This document shows, in pieces, positions 36,936 to 50,100 of a DNA stretch of 64,000 bases. A model generated the notes under the pieces. The model was given only the letters and a program-made list of their open reading frames with translations, had not been told where the DNA came from and ran no database searches. Location of the stretch: NCBI GenBank assembly GCA_002269645.1, contig NIVC01000938.1:1-64000 (forward strand), in the 5' to 3' direction. The number at the start of each line of letters is the position of its first letter. Positions within the stretch are counted from its first letter, which is position 1. The DNA is from Macrostomum lignano (taxonomy: Eukaryota). A program made the position numbers and the translations under genes.

Positions 36936-38037
36936 TTGCGAAGGCCTCCTGAATGTTGCTTTTCGCATGTACGGCGGCCTCGAGAATTTCTCCGCCGCCG
37001 AATTTGCCTGTCATGCTGCCAGTTTCTGCTCTGCGCTTTTGCTTTCGTTTCAGGTCCGGCGCTGCCGCCTCACCGCGTCACCGGGCCCCTCCGCTCTCTG
37101 CTCCGCGCCGCTTGGGCTCCAAGAACGCGCGACACATACCGACACGCCTTCTCACGCTGGGAGGGCTTCTGCAAACGACGGGGCACTTGCCCGTCAAACG
37201 CGCCTGGCCTTGAAGTTGCCGCCTTCGTGGGATTTCTGCACCACGACGGGCAGGTTGGCGACTCGGCAGTCCAGTACGCCCTGGCCGTCATCAGCTGGGC
37301 TCATCGACTGGCGAACCGGCCAGACCCGACCACCGGCGCTATCGTGCAACTGGCAGTGCGAGGTGCCAGACGCCAGCGAGCGGCAATACAGCAGTGCCGA
37401 ACAGCGAAGCCGCTGTCCAAAGAGGTCCTATTACGCATTTTCCAAGCCTGCCAGCGACTCAGCCCAGCGCAACGCTGCTTCTGGGCCGCCCTGCTGTGCG
37501 GCTTTTTCGGCCTGCTCAGATGCGCCAACCTGTTCTCACCGCGCTCATTGCCCCGCGCAAGTGACCTGCAGTGGAACACCGACGGAGCCCGGCTCCGCAT
37601 CCGGGTGTCCAAAACAAATCAGCTGGGGCAACGGGACCAGTATGTCCGTCCAGCTGCCAAGACTGGCTAGAGGACATCCGCTCTGCCCGGCGGAGGCACT
37701 CTCTAAACACCTGTCGAGCAACGGCATCTGCCCGACCACGACACCCGACTGGCCACTGTTCAGCTTCCGCTGTAGCCGCGGTCGGCGTGCCATGTCAGCT
37801 CCGGGTTTCAACCGAATGCTTCGCCGCTCCCTTGACGCCGTAGGAGTGCCATCCTGCCAGTTCTCCGGTCACTCGATGCGACGTGGCGGCGCCTGCCACG
37901 CATTTGAGGCGGGCCTCTCGGTCGACGACGTAAAGCAGCTCGGTGGCTGGCGCAGCAACGCCGTTCTGCGCTACCTGCCACTCTCGGGCGGCTCTCGGCG
38001 TGTTGTGGGAGCTTTGGCGGCTGCCGCCCAAGTCTAA
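36936..38037 (+). pseudogene. Ngaro tyrosine recombinase, frameshift near 37650
   Basis: FFGLLRCAN (catalytic R) and SKT in one frame; HPLCP, GHSMRRGGA (HxxR), GGWRS and RYL (catalytic Y) in the next frame. Confidence 0.9.
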
Positions 38038-39991
38038 TTTTCTGTTTTACTGACTGCGATCCCCCTCGCCTCCTCTCCTATTGTTTGGTGTTTGGCCTGT
38101 TCCGCCCGGGTTCGTCTCCCTCGCCCGTGTCGTGCCTTTGCCTTCCTTCCTCGGCGTCGTTCGTTAAGTTGTGAGTAGCGTAGCTACTCTGGGTTAGCGA
38201 ACACGTCGGGGAGGGGCCGCCCAGGGCCTGTGTGGGCTCTCCGTTGTGCATGCTCTGTCTCGCGGGGGGGGGGGGGGGTGGGTGCTTGAGTCCCATCACC
38301 CCGGCCCTTGGGGGTTTTTAGGCCGCGCGGAGCTGCTCTGGCCCAGCTACCCTGTCTCGCGTTTGCAAGCTCATTTTTTATTTTTTTTATTCTCTCCTTT
38401 AAAGCCATATTTTTATTTTAATCGCTTTCGAACTGAGCTCACTAAAATATATTTGACCGATCACAGGGGCCTGTTCCGCCCGGGTTCGTCTCCCTCGCCC
38501 GTGTCGTGCCTTGCCTTCCTTCCTCGGCGTCGTTCGCTAAATAATAATAAAAGTTTTGCGCTATAATAATTATTTTTATAGTTATACAAACAATAAATAT
38601 ATGCAAATATTCCCAGCATAAGAATTGTAAATGACAATTGAAAAGTACGATATGCAACGTAACTGTATAAGGAAAACATAGATGGCTAGCTATAACAAAG
38701 TTTGAAAATATACAGGTGTTTTGAAAGAAACATTCAGCTAGGCTTCAGTTTGCGGAGTCGGCGAGAGCAAACGGTGGTAGATTGTCTGGACGTCTCGGAA
38801 TCTCTGCGCACCATGCCTTTATAGATGGAGTTGGCCATGCAGTCTTCGAGACCAAGTAACGAGCGCCACCGGGTTGGTTTAAAGCTTAGCTGAAATTGGC
38901 GTAGAAGATATTGCTGACGTGAATCAGATGATTCTAGTCAGATCGGCTGCTTGCAGAGATTTCATAGCTCCGCGTCCTGTTGGCAATTGCTTCCAGCTGG
39001 CTGTAGCGCTGCAGCCTGTGCTGAAAACCTAATATGTCAGAAATTTCTACAAGCACATCGCGCCGATACGCCAAGACTGTGAAGTCGCTCTTAACTCGAA
39101 CGGAGGAATCAACAGTGCGCTCATAAATGAGCAAAAAATAGACTCGCAAATCCTGACATTGAACAACCCAGCCTCCGGAGGTAACAAAATCCAGGATCAA
39201 AGCTGACGTAATGAATAAGTGCCCACGAGACAATTCTGTCGACAGCATTGAAGGCAGTCAATTCATCAGGGGCCCTAGCTCTGTCGACTAACAGCAAGCC
39301 TCGCCGACCAGCATCTCTAGAGCGTCCTAAAATATTTGAAACAGGCTGATACAACTTAGTAAGTAAACAAAGTACACAACCATTCATACTTACTTGAGAC
39401 AGTCTGACGCAGGGAAGTCAATGAAAAATCTTTAAAGATTGAGCGTGGGTCGCTGGGGCGTGTATGGCGGTTAGTTCGTTCCAGTGGTGCATTTTCAGGC
39501 CAGTGATTTTTGCAGACTCCCATGTAGATGCTAGCCTTCTACAGATAGAATGGAATGATCATCACAATTCAGTTAATATACGTATCTTTATAGTAGAAAC
39601 GAAAAATTAGGTTCAAACGGCTACATAAATTACGGCCTTAACTTGCACAGGCAACGCATTGAGTCATGCGTCAGCTTCAGCTTCTTCCTTTGGAAAGCCA
39701 AAAACAGTGCATTTTTCACCGCTCTTATAATTCCTTCTGCATCCAGGGATGCAGCACTTCATTGGCATTTTGATGAAAAAGATCGAGTGTTGCTATTTAT
39801 CAAGATTTTAGACGAAACAAATTATTGCTACAAACCAGCAGTGCTGGTCTGAACCAGCATTGAGAATATGAAAGAATGTTAGTGAAAAGGCTTCATTGCC
39901 ATAGACACAGCTAAAGCAAGCGGCCTTTTCTAGAATTTCTACCATTCGCGAGTGTAGCGTCCTGAGTTGTTAAGTAGTTCTTGTCTCGGCC

Positions 39992-40117
39992 ACGGACTCT
40001 GGGTCATAGAATCTTATAAATCTATCCTAGGTCATGGACTCTGGGCCATAGACTCTTATAAATCTATCCTAGGTCATGGACTCTGGGCCATAGACTCTTA
40101 TAAATCTATCCTTAGGT
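39992..40117. repeat. ~42-bp minisatellite, also present left of the P-like element (~33900-33969)
   Basis: GGACTCTGGGCCATAGACTCTTATAAATCTATCCTAGGTCAT x~3; related units lie at 33900-33969, so the P-like element inserted into this array. Confidence 0.75.
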
Positions 40118-41121
40118 CATTATACATGTATAATAGACTCTGAGAATTACGAGTACCTATAACTCTGCCACATTGATTGACCATTTTTCTAAACCTATTC
40201 TTCATCGCTACTAACTGAAATATAATTTAGCTTTCCATAAATTATTTGTTATTCAAGTGTCAAGCATCCAAACGCAAATTTTGTGTTCAAATATTTGATA
40301 GCCGCTTCCCTTTGTTGTTTTTGGCTGAAAAGATTGCATTGGCTTGCGATTTTATGCATGCTAGCTAAGAATAGGGGATATCGCTAGACTGGGTGAGATT
40401 GAGTGATTGATTGTGCTAGTTTGAGTGAGTAATGTGCTGACTGGGTGAGACATGAGCTAGACTGTATGATATATTATAGGCTATGATAAAATAGGGGTTA
40501 CACTATATATATAGAGGTTAATTTTCATGATTTAATTATCGTCCTTGAAAAGAATGCGCGCATCAATGCGGGGAAAATGCAGTCGCGAGGTTTTCATAGT
40601 TTTTAGCACAATTAGTTCTAATTGCTTTTGATAGGAGCTGCAGATCCAATGTTAATCCTTTGATATGTCTTGCCTTTTACATGTATGGCCCTATTGACAC
40701 CCGTGGAGCCTTTCGTAGCATAATGTTGTAGTAGTTTCCCGTCCTATTGAGATTTCACCAGCGGAGCCATATGTCCTTGATTCGTTCCTGCCGCACTTAG
40801 TAAATTTTCATCAAGTCAATGTCATGGGTTACGATCATGTATTTGCTGTTAAAGTTACGTGTCCGTAGATTTTTTGAGCAGCAATGCATATTAATAAATT
40901 TTTGAAAAGTAGCAAACTATTATCTTTTTAATATCTTTAACATTAATTAAATTAAAATTTGTATTTAAAGTGCACATAATGTTGTTATAACTTTTAAAGC
41001 CGTCCAAAATGCGATTAATTAATTTCAAAATTGCAATTACGGTGAACAATTTTTCCTAACTGGTGCGAATTTTAGCCAAAGGTGGTAATTATTTATTCTA
41101 CAATTTATCTTGATTTGCAAA

Positions 41122-44100
41122 ATGGCTGAATCTGATAATGTGATCACAGTTCATATTAAATCACCAAAAGAAAAACGAAGTGTTCAACTTTCTCCTGAAG
41201 GTACAATTAAAGATGTAAGTATCATACTCAGTAGTCGATCTAAATTTAACCTCTATCTAAAATTCTAAAAAAGCATGCATTTGTGGATGGTAGTGTGTGT
41301 CACTATCAGTTTTTTTCTTTATTGAACATATATATATCATGGTTTATAATTTTTTATGAAATTGATTAGTCTAGTTGGTCATTGCAACAATGTGCAAAGC
41401 AAAAAATTGACCAATCTTCATTAAATATTTTTAGGCTATTAAAATATCACATTGCTTGCATTATTGTGCAGCCTTATATTTAATTATATTAAGGCTAAAA
41501 ATTTTCTATAACATACTGTTAGTTACCCATAGTTTGGATTGTATATTTGTGTATACTAGGCATATATACCATACGCATAGTCCAGATCATACATGCGCAA
41601 CTGCTGGCCGACCTGGCCGATCCGGCCACCGTAAATCGTGGCTGACCAGGGGTAAGTCGCAAAATTGAGTCAACCAAAAACAGAAAAACACAAGAACCAA
41701 GAAAGGCAAGAGGAAAGCGAAAAAAAGAGCAGTTCAGGGAAAATGGTGAAGCAAAAGAAAAACAATTCGCAAAAGAAGCAAACTAAGTTGTAAAAATAAT
41801 CAGGTAAGTCGCAAAAAGGATCAGGTAAGTCGCAAAAGAAGCAAACTAAGTTGCAAAAAGGATCAGGTAAGTCGCAAAAGGGTTAGGTAAGTCGCAAAAA
41901 GGATTAGGTAAGTCGCAAAAAGGATTAGGTAAGTCGCAAAAGGGTTAGGTAAGTCGCAAAAAGGATTAGGTAAGTCGCAAAAGGATTAGGTAAGTCGCAA
42001 AAAGGATTAGGTAAGTCGCAAAAAGGATTAGGTAAGTCGCAAAAAGGATTAGGTAAGTCGCAAAAAGGATTAGGTAAGTCGCAAAAAGGATTAAGTAAGT
42101 CGCAAAAAGGATTAGGTAAGTCGCAAAAGGGTTAGGTAAGTCGCAAAAGGGTTAGGTAAGTCGCAAAAGGGTTAGGTAAGTCGCAAAAGGGTTAGGTTAG
42201 TCGCAAAAGGATTAGGTAAGTCACAAAAAGGATTAAGTAAGTTGCAAAAAGGATTAGGTAAGTTGCAAAAAGGATTAGGTAAGTTGCAAAAAGGATTAGG
42301 TAAGTCGCAAAAAGAAGCAACTAAGTCGCAATAAGAGGGAAGTAAGTCACAATCAGAGGCAATCAGGGGGTAGTAGGTGCAAGTGTGGCAGGAGAGCAAA
42401 AACAGAATAGAAGCCTTCAACAACAGACAAGATCTTTGAAATCAGAAGCCCGCGTCAACAGTTTCCCATTGATTTCTTAAACTCTGGAGCAGGGGTTGGC
42501 AAACTCCGGCTCGCGAAGCCCCTCTATCTGGCCCTCGCCCCTCGGGTTCTTTGAAACTTCCTAACTACGAGGGGCGTCCGGAAAGTAGTGTTACTTTTGC
42601 TTGGTGTGGACGTATGGACGGTCACACTTGCATGTGCTTGGTGTCATTTGAAGGCGGCAAGTCTCTTCTTTAAGGTGACACCAATTGCAAGAGATTTGAA
42701 TCTGTGCTTCAAGAGATATGGACGATTAAGTAGAGAAAGGTCAATCATAGACTTACAGAACCTCAAAAATGTCAACAGAAAACTTTTACGATTTTATCGA
42801 TTTTTTCGTAATCATGGGCTGTCTATGACCAAATGTGATGCAGTGAACGAGAGGGGCTGTCTCATAAAACTACGAGACTTGTAAAACTGCTTCTGCTGCG
42901 CCTGCAAAGTTTATTGACATTCAATTTTCAATTGTGAACTGCAAATGGATGTGCACATACATGCGCAACAGTCGGCCGAGTCGGCCGATCCGGCCGACCG
43001 ATTTGGCGGCCAACCAAGGAAGTCGCAAAAATGCCCACCCAAAAAAATAACCAAGTAGTAGTGCTAAGTAGCTGACGAGGCATTATGGCTTAATAAGACA
43101 GTTATAGTTACTCCTGCCGTTTACCTAAAGTTGCGTTTATTTGCTTTAGGGTTTTTTTACACGTAAGTCGCATTTTTGGCCAAAAACTACGTCGCATTTT
43201 TGTTAAAACTAAGTCGCATGGCCGACCGAATTTCGGAGGTTGCGCATGTATGGATGTGCATTCAAAGACTGGGCAGCGACATGCCATCTTTACACTTTGG
43301 AGCTCCGGAACCAAATCGGCTGACATCCACAGGCAACTTTGCACAGCTCATGGCGACCATGCTGTCAGCAAGATGACAAGTCTGCCAACCGATGAATGAT
43401 TTTAATGTTGTTCGCTTGTGTGATAATTTGCTTGTTATCTGTTTCACCTGCTTCTGTACTGTACTATTGTGTTTTTTGTTTTTTCTGGAGTAATTACGCT
43501 CGTGATAAAAGTTTTCTATTGACATTTTTAAGGTTCTGTAAGTCTATGACTGACCTTTCTCTACTTAATCGTCCATATCTCTTGAAGCACAGATTCAAAT
43601 CTCTTGCAATTGGTGTCATTTTAAAGAAGAGACTTGCCGCTTTCAAATGACACCAAGCACATGCAAGTGTGACTGTCCATACGTCCACACCAAGCGGAAG
43701 TAACTACTTTCTTAAGGTTGGTAACATTACTTAGGTTGGTGTCTCTTCAACTCTCATCTCTCTCTTCTTCTCTACCTTGCCTCCCCTCTTCTCTCTCTCC
43801 CCCCTTTTCCCTCTTCTCTCTCCTCTCATTTTTACTCTCCTCTCTTCTCCCCCTTTCTCTCTACCCTTTCTCCTCAATGCCCTCTTCTCTCCTCTTATCT
43901 TCAGCAAAAATATGTGCATATTTTCTTACTTCAAAGTAGAGGGAATAGAAGATTAGAGATAAGCAAACAGAGGAGAGGCGAGCGATGCGATGGGAGAAAA
44001 GATAGAAGAGGAGAGAAAAGCTGAGGGAGGAAAAAGAGATGAGAGAGAAGAGGAGATGAGAGGAAAGAGGAAAGAAAAGATGATGGATGAGATCAGAAGA

Positions 44101-47100
44101 GAGGAAAGAGGAAAGAGAAGAAAGTAGATGAGAGAAGAGAGGATAAAGAGGAGATGAGAGGAGAGTGAAGAGAGGAGAGATGAGAGAGTAGAAAAGAGAG
44201 GAGAGATAAGATGAGAGAGTAGAGTGGAGAGAGACGAGAGGGAAGATAAGATGAGAGAGTAGAGTGGAATGGAGAGAGACGAGAGGAGAGATAAGAAAGT
44301 AGAGAGGAGACAGAAGAGATAGGAGAGGAGAGGAAAGAGAGGAGAGAGGAGAGGAAAGAGAGAAGGGATAAGGGATGAGAGAGAAAAGAAAAAGAGGATG
44401 AGAAGATTGAGGAATGGAGAGAATTTGCAAAGGCCTCAAATCTTAGTTTAACATGCATTACTCCCATCTTTGCCTTTTTCCTAACTGTTAACAAGTTTTT
44501 GTTTGAGCATGACTTCAAATTTAGAATCTATGCAAAAATAGTTCCGGGAATTAGAATTCAGTGGTTTAAAAATCTGTGGGTTTTCACAGCTTGTATCTCT
44601 ACTGGATTCGTATTCTGCATCTGATGAGCCATCTGAATCAGGGCTCTCATCTTCCATGCCAAATCGTCTAGCAAATCGTTCTTGAGCTATAGGTCACACT
44701 GTATTCACTTCACTTACTTCTGGACATTCATGAATCATGACTTTTGTAGTATGCTCACTACACTGTACTGACAATTTACTAATTGCTTCATGCCGCCACT
44801 AGATGACACTGATTAGCTGTTATAAAAACGCAGAATCTGCACGCAGCACTAATTAGCTGGCGAGGCATTTAGCTTTAAAAATATGGTCATAGTTACTCCT
44901 GCCGTTTACCTAAAGTTTTTGCTTGGCTCTTTCATAGGTAAGTCGCATTTTTTATCGAAAACTAAGTCGCACGGCCAGCGTAATTTCAGAAGTTGCGCAT
45001 GTATGGTCCAGATCATGCTGGGTGCACACCTGAACAAAATTTGAGTAATTATAAATGCACGCCAAAAAATGTAAGTGCATGCCCATTCTCAAAAATACAC
45101 CGGTTTTGTGATAATAAATGACCTTTTTTATGTTGTGACAATAAAATACCCTTTTTAAATTGCATAATAAACCCTTACTACCAAATAATTTGGTTGCTTT
45201 TTATGCTTTTTTGGCAATACTATTTGCAGCAGAAAATTTATACATGCAAAAATTTGTTTAAATGCTCCTTTACAAGCTTGAAAAATCTGGAAAGCTTGAA
45301 ATTTGCACTTAAAATGAACTATTTTATTCTTTTTTCAACTTTACAATAACTCTTATGCATGCTTCTATAAAGTGCATACCAGGTGTGCACGCATATTATT
45401 TTTTCAGGAGTGATGCATACCAACTATGCATGCCTAATTTTGGTATGCAAGGCCAATGCACGCCCGAAATTTTGGGCATATACTACATGATTAGGAGTGT
45501 GGCATACATGTCCAACTTGTCCAAACAGATTATAGTCATTTTGGTGACGAGATGTTTCAATGACATTCCTTTTGGTGACAAGCAAAAGTTATTTTGGTAA
45601 CAAGAAAAATACAATTTTAGTTATAGCCATTCTTTTTTTAAATAGAAAATTACTTAAAAATCTTTAAGGATATTGAGCCTAAAATTTTATAATTTTTAAA
45701 TGGTTAAGTATTGTAGTATTTAATTTTGTTTAATTACAACTATAAAATTGCAGTCTTTTGAATTATGTTTTCTAATTTAAATGTGCAATCAGCATTAAGT
45801 AAATATCTTTAAGTTATCTCTGCATTTCATAAAAATTTTCTATAGGTTTATTGTTTATGGTTGAATATTCTGGGACAATCTGGGTTTTTTTTTGCCAGAG
45901 ATAAGGTGCGAAATCGCACCTTGTGCCAAATTTCAAGGTGCAATTTTAAGGCTCAGAGTGCAATTTCTCTTGAGTCTTGTTTAGAATGTGAGGGTTTCAC
46001 GAGAGATATTCAGACAGACATTCGAAACGATCGTCTGGAACTTTAAACAAAATTGACCCGCTTCAACCATCTTTTTGGCAAATACTTACGCAAGTGTTGG
46101 GCGTCGAATAAGCTTTAATTTATTAACTGAAGTAAAAATCCTTCTGACATACATTGATTTAAAAATTGCTTAGCAACACTAGCTCTGATTAGAAATTGCT
46201 TTACTGTTGACTAAAATTGTTTTGATCGTAGCAGCCTAAAGGCAGATACTGGATTTAAAAATGCTTCGATTTGCTCTATGCGCATGTCTCAGCTTTAAAA
46301 TGACACCTCAGGCGTCGCAAAAGACAGCTTTGATGCTGAGATATTTGACACTAAACATGCATTGCTTTGCGCAATCTCACATTCAGAGATTTCACTGATT
46401 TTTTGTCGATATTTGTGCAGTTGCCGTGTCCTTGTTTTTCATCAGAAACTTGTCAAATTCTAGTCATGTCCAGTTTAAACCTGGACTTCTCTTAAACTGT
46501 CTTAAGTATTTGATTTTTAATGATTCCTGCCTTTATATTGCATAGATTGTACCTGAGTCAGTGAGTCTGTGAGTGTACATTTGTACATATGGCAACCAAT
46601 CATGACTTTTTCACCGCTTTGCAGTTCAAATAAATATACGAGTGTACGAGAAACATGTTCCAACTGTTATTGAGAGAAATTGACGTCGCGTTTATTAACA
46701 GTCAGTGGCAATTAATATGAAGCAAATAGTTTATTGTTATGTTTTTACTTTTTTTGCGTGGCAATTCTGCTATCCAAATCGGAATGAGGTAAGCGGTGGG
46801 AATAAAATAAAAAGAAAGAATTTTTTCTACTGTTGTTGCAACCCAATAGCTATATGTACTTCAAACTTTTTAGATTGAACTGGCGATTTCTAATGTACTG
46901 CTAAGCTTTCCAATCCCTACGGACTACAGTAGCAGTTCTTAACTTTTTTTCTGTCTTGACTTCTAGACTCGGAATTCGGAACAACCTAAGGAGCCGCATG
47001 AAAATATTTAATTGGATAAAGATATTTTCTATAAACAGCTCAAGTCGTGACACATCTTCTTCTCACCTCAGTCCATCAACTGCTGCTCCTTCTGAGACCA

Positions 47101-50100
47101 AAGCGATCGTGAAAGTAAAACAGATCAGTTTAGATCCCATGGCCATGAATACAACCATTTCAATTGTGAACCTGCTTCGCTTACAAGTACGAGCACTAGC
47201 CTTCCATTTGATGCCATTAGCTCACTTAACTCTGAAATAGTTCAAGGACGGTTCCAAATGTTGAGATCTGACGTAGAAGCAGTCCAATTTGTGGAAATTT
47301 ATCAACTGGACTCCATGAAACACTCCAATGAAAGGCGGCGAATAGCTGCAGAATGCGTAAACAAGTTTAAGTGAGTCACAAAAACCCCATTTACTGTAAC
47401 TACATACACTTGTACGTTAGCAAGGCTCCATGCGATGGTTAATAAATGGAGAAGTAGACAAGCATCTGAACAAATATTGAATAAAAATCAGTGAAGTTTC
47501 CGAATGTGAGTTTGAGCAAAGCAATGTTTAGTGTCGAATATCTCAGCATCAAAGCTGTCTTTTGCAATGCCTGAGGTGTCATTTTAAAGCTGAGACATGC
47601 GTATAGACATGACTAGAATTTGATAAGATTCTGATGAAAAACAAGGACATGGCAACTGCACAAATATCGACAAAAAATCAGTGAAATTTCTGAATGTGAG
47701 ATTGCGCAAAGCAATGCATGTTTAGTGTCGAATATCTCAGCATCAAAGCTGTCTTTTGCGACGCCTGAGGTGTCATTTTAAAGCTGAGACATGCGTATAG
47801 AGTAAATCGAAGCATTTTTAAATCCAGTATTTGCTTTTAGGCTGCTACGATCAAAACAATTTTAGTCAACAGTAAAGCGATTTCTAATCAGAGCTAGTGT
47901 TGCTAAGCAATTTTTAAATCAATGTATGTCAGAAGGATTTTTACTTCAGTTAATAAATTAAAGCTTATTAGACGCCCAACACTTGCGTAAGTATTTGCCA
48001 AAAAGATGGTTGAAGCGGGTCAATTTTGTTTGAAGTTACAGACAATCATTTTGAATGTCTGTCTGAATGGGTCTCCCTAAAACACGCCCGCACCGCCCTG
48101 CAGCGCTACACATTAAAACAAATTGGACTATAACTAAAGACACTTCAGAATGCGTTTTCTGTTAAGCTTCAAGTTTTTATTAAATTTAGTTTTTTTACTT
48201 TGAAATATAAAATTCGGTGAACAATAAGTGATATTAATAATAATATTAATAAAATAATAATATTATAATTTAATAATGAAAACGAGAATATAAAAATAAT
48301 AATATTTAAAAAAATAAATAAAAATATTTATTCCATTACTATTTTAACTTTTCCTTGCAATCAAATACTGCATTGACAAAAAATGTTATAATGTGTAGCA
48401 GTTCGGGGCCCGGTGTGGGGCGTGTTTTAGGGAGCCTTTGTCTGAATATCTCTCGTGAAACCCTCACATTGCTCACATTTCAGACAACTGGGAATGTATA
48501 TTTTAATATCTTACATAAGGCTATAGCTATAGGCTATATCGCCTATATGACTTAATAGGATTTAAAGAGTTATTTTGTTTCATATTTTAAGGCAGTGCAT
48601 AAAAAATAGCTTAAGCATGGTTAAGCCTTTAAAGAAAAATGGTTATAAGACCGCACCTAAACCGCACCTACTTTTTTAATTTCAGGGTGCGATTTTAAAA
48701 TTTAGGGTGCATACGCACACTCTGCGCACAAAAAAAAAACCCTGGGGACAATTCAAAATGATCTGCACAGGAAGAAAACAATATAATTAGTTTCATTTTC
48801 TTTCCTTTAATATTATAATTTTTAGACAATTTTTAAATGTATTACGAAACATAAATCTTAACAAAATATTTATAACCTAATATTATAAAGTGCCTCTTAT
48901 CACTAGAATTACAATACTTATAAAATCTTAGATTTTTATTGAAAATGAAGTGTGTCTATCACAAAATCAACTTGTCACTGAAATGATTGGTACCTCTCTA
49001 CCCTATTGGAATAAATGTTAAAAACCCGCGGACGCATGCTTTAGAAAAGAGTCAAACTATTTTACTGCACTTTAGGATTATTAGAGATGTTCCGAAAGAT
49101 CTGCAGTTTCGTCGAAATCAAAATTTGCTAACTTTTCAAAATCAAAATTGAAATTTCCCGAAATCATAATTCAGAAAAACAAAGTTTAGTATGATCAACA
49201 CTCACTTTTTTACTTTCAATTTACTGCTTAAGCAAAAAGTAATACATGTATATGTAATAGAAAGTAGTTTATTTTTAGCGACTTTTTAGACACTACCAAA
49301 ATTTTCACTTCTAAATTTTATTTCGAAATTGAAATTCGCTCTAAAAAATTTCAAATTTTGGAAAATTGAAATTGAATTTTCGGAACATCTCTAAGCTTAA
49401 TAAATTACAAGTGTATAAGCCCCTTCAACAGAGGTATTATACCCATTTCCATGTATATGTATTTGCTAGAGCAGCAGCCAGTAAGAAAGGGCAGCGCGCG
49501 CAGGCGCTGCGCCTGTGCGTGCGCTGCGCTTTAGAAAAATTTCAAAAGTGCGCCAGACACCGTCCGCGGTTTTACAACTTTTTCCTATAGGGCCTCTCCA
49601 AACTAGATAGGTGAAAGGGCCACCAGCCAAGGCAAGTCACAAAATCAAAAAGGTAACTAATTTTAGTTTTGACAACATTTAATATAAGCTAAAAGGAAAC
49701 CCAAGAGTTAAATTAATGGCTTGTGTCTTTAATGTTAAAGCTTATAGGCATGTCTGATAAATGTTAAGTATATATATATTGCCATACAAGGAGTTTGTAT
49801 TAAGTAGAAAGGTATTAATAAGTTTTTTTAAAGTATAAATTCCAGCTTTCATTTTTTAACTCACTTGAGTTAAACTTAACTTAACTTGAAATGGAATGTG
49901 GGTGCAGAAATGTCTATAAATAAAGCTGTTCTAAAATATAATACATTTAATATATATATTCAGCCCTATTGCCTGATCCATGATCTGGGGCTCTAGGCCC
50001 AAGTTGGGATAGCTGTCTTACTGACAAATAGTAGCTAACTTAAAAGTGTATAGCATAATACAGGATTAACTTTAAAACTTAAAATTTTACACAATAGTGT

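Larger units (their letters stand above)
34099..38540 (+). mobile_element. Ngaro-type (DIRS order) tyrosine-recombinase retrotransposon with split direct repeats
   Basis: The order is A1 (34099-~34308), ORFs, B1 (38093-38167), A2 (38168-~38378), B2 (38468-~38540). It encodes a gag-like ORF1, RT/RNase H and YR. Confidence 0.93.
33970..39983 (-). mobile_element. Degenerate P-element-like (THAP) DNA transposon, host of nested Ngaro element
   Basis: 67-bp TIRs (33970-34036, 39917-39983) starting CAAAGACTAC/CAAGAACTAC, with an exact 8-bp TSD TCTCGGCC (33962-33969, 39984-39991). The minus strand from 39768 reads MPMKCCIPGC..FGFPKEE..A*LNALP and, after a probable intron, VCKNHWP..PRSIF (THAP signature, with the conserved W mutated to a stop). 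Confidence 0.85.
41588..45005. mobile_element. Non-autonomous TIR element (CATACATGCGCAAC termini, 8-bp TSD; hAT- or P-like)
   Basis: TIR CATACATGCGCAAC...GTTGCGCATGTATG with an exact TSD GTCCAGAT (41580-41587, 45006-45013). Confidence 0.88.

Noticed and set aside
42588-43688. Two near-identical small ORFs on opposite strands (42588-42884, 43494-43688)
   Set aside because: These are the inverted arms of a MITE, not duplicated genes.
43718-44518. Leu/Ser-rich membrane-like ORFs
   Set aside because: Translations of the CT/GA low-complexity tract.
49082-49393. Possible hAT MITE (TAGAGATGTTCCGAAA inverted ends)
   Set aside because: The TIR is visible but the flanks (AGGATTAT vs AGCTTAAT) do not give a convincing TSD; too weak to list.
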